A stretch of 63,723 bases of DNA, counting the filler, from Octopus bimaculoides (taxonomy: Eukaryota): NCBI RefSeq assembly GCF_001194135.2. It is 6 parts of 6 records of this genome, joined end to end, with 100 filler letters (N's around TTAATTAATTAA, not from the genome) between each part and the next. Parts side by side here need not be neighbours in the genome. Positions count along the whole stretch, not along the records: positions 55,388 to 63,723 come from NC_068993.1; 5 more parts are not named here. The stretch is one strand, 5' to 3'. Shown one piece after another: positions 63,680 to 63,723 of this stretch; positions within the stretch are counted from its first letter, which is position 1, and each line of letters starts with the position of its first letter. The notes beneath the pieces were generated by a model. That model made no database searches, was not told where the DNA came from, and worked only from the letters and a program-made list of their open reading frames with translations. The position numbers and the translations under genes were made by a program.

Positions 63680-63717
<38 letters not shown>

Positions 63718-63723
63718 TAGTTT

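Noticed and set aside
1-63723. tRNA genes, rRNA or CRISPR arrays
   Set aside because: The tRNA-like heads all continue into SINE bodies, and there is no repeat-spacer array or rRNA-like sequence.

Overview
Repeat-dominated, heavily gapped eukaryotic DNA with no host protein-coding gene that I can support. The SINE families and microsatellite load point to an octopus draft assembly (inferred from recalled repeat families, not a database hit). Five identical artificial 100-nt spacers (44 N + TTAATTAATTAA + 44 N) split the window into six pieces that may be unlinked. Almost every long ORF in the track is an artefact of N-runs or microsatellites. The real content is a dense transposon landscape: four tRNA-headed SINE families, RTE 3' tails, Jockey-like and Tx1-like LINE relics, mariner, Tc1, Tigger and hAT relics, and a Helitron cluster. 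The strongest signal is microsatellite-targeted retrotransposition. (1) At 55.5-63.7 kb there is a same-strand stack of at least three R4/Dong-clade LINE subfamilies and four copies of a ~560-bp non-coding element, almost all bounded by (AAT)n. (2) A second R4-like lineage (two subfamilies, five fragments in 1-14.1 kb) sits in or ends at (ACAT)n instead. There is also a strand-asymmetric, G:U-rich 96-nt hairpin at 516-611.
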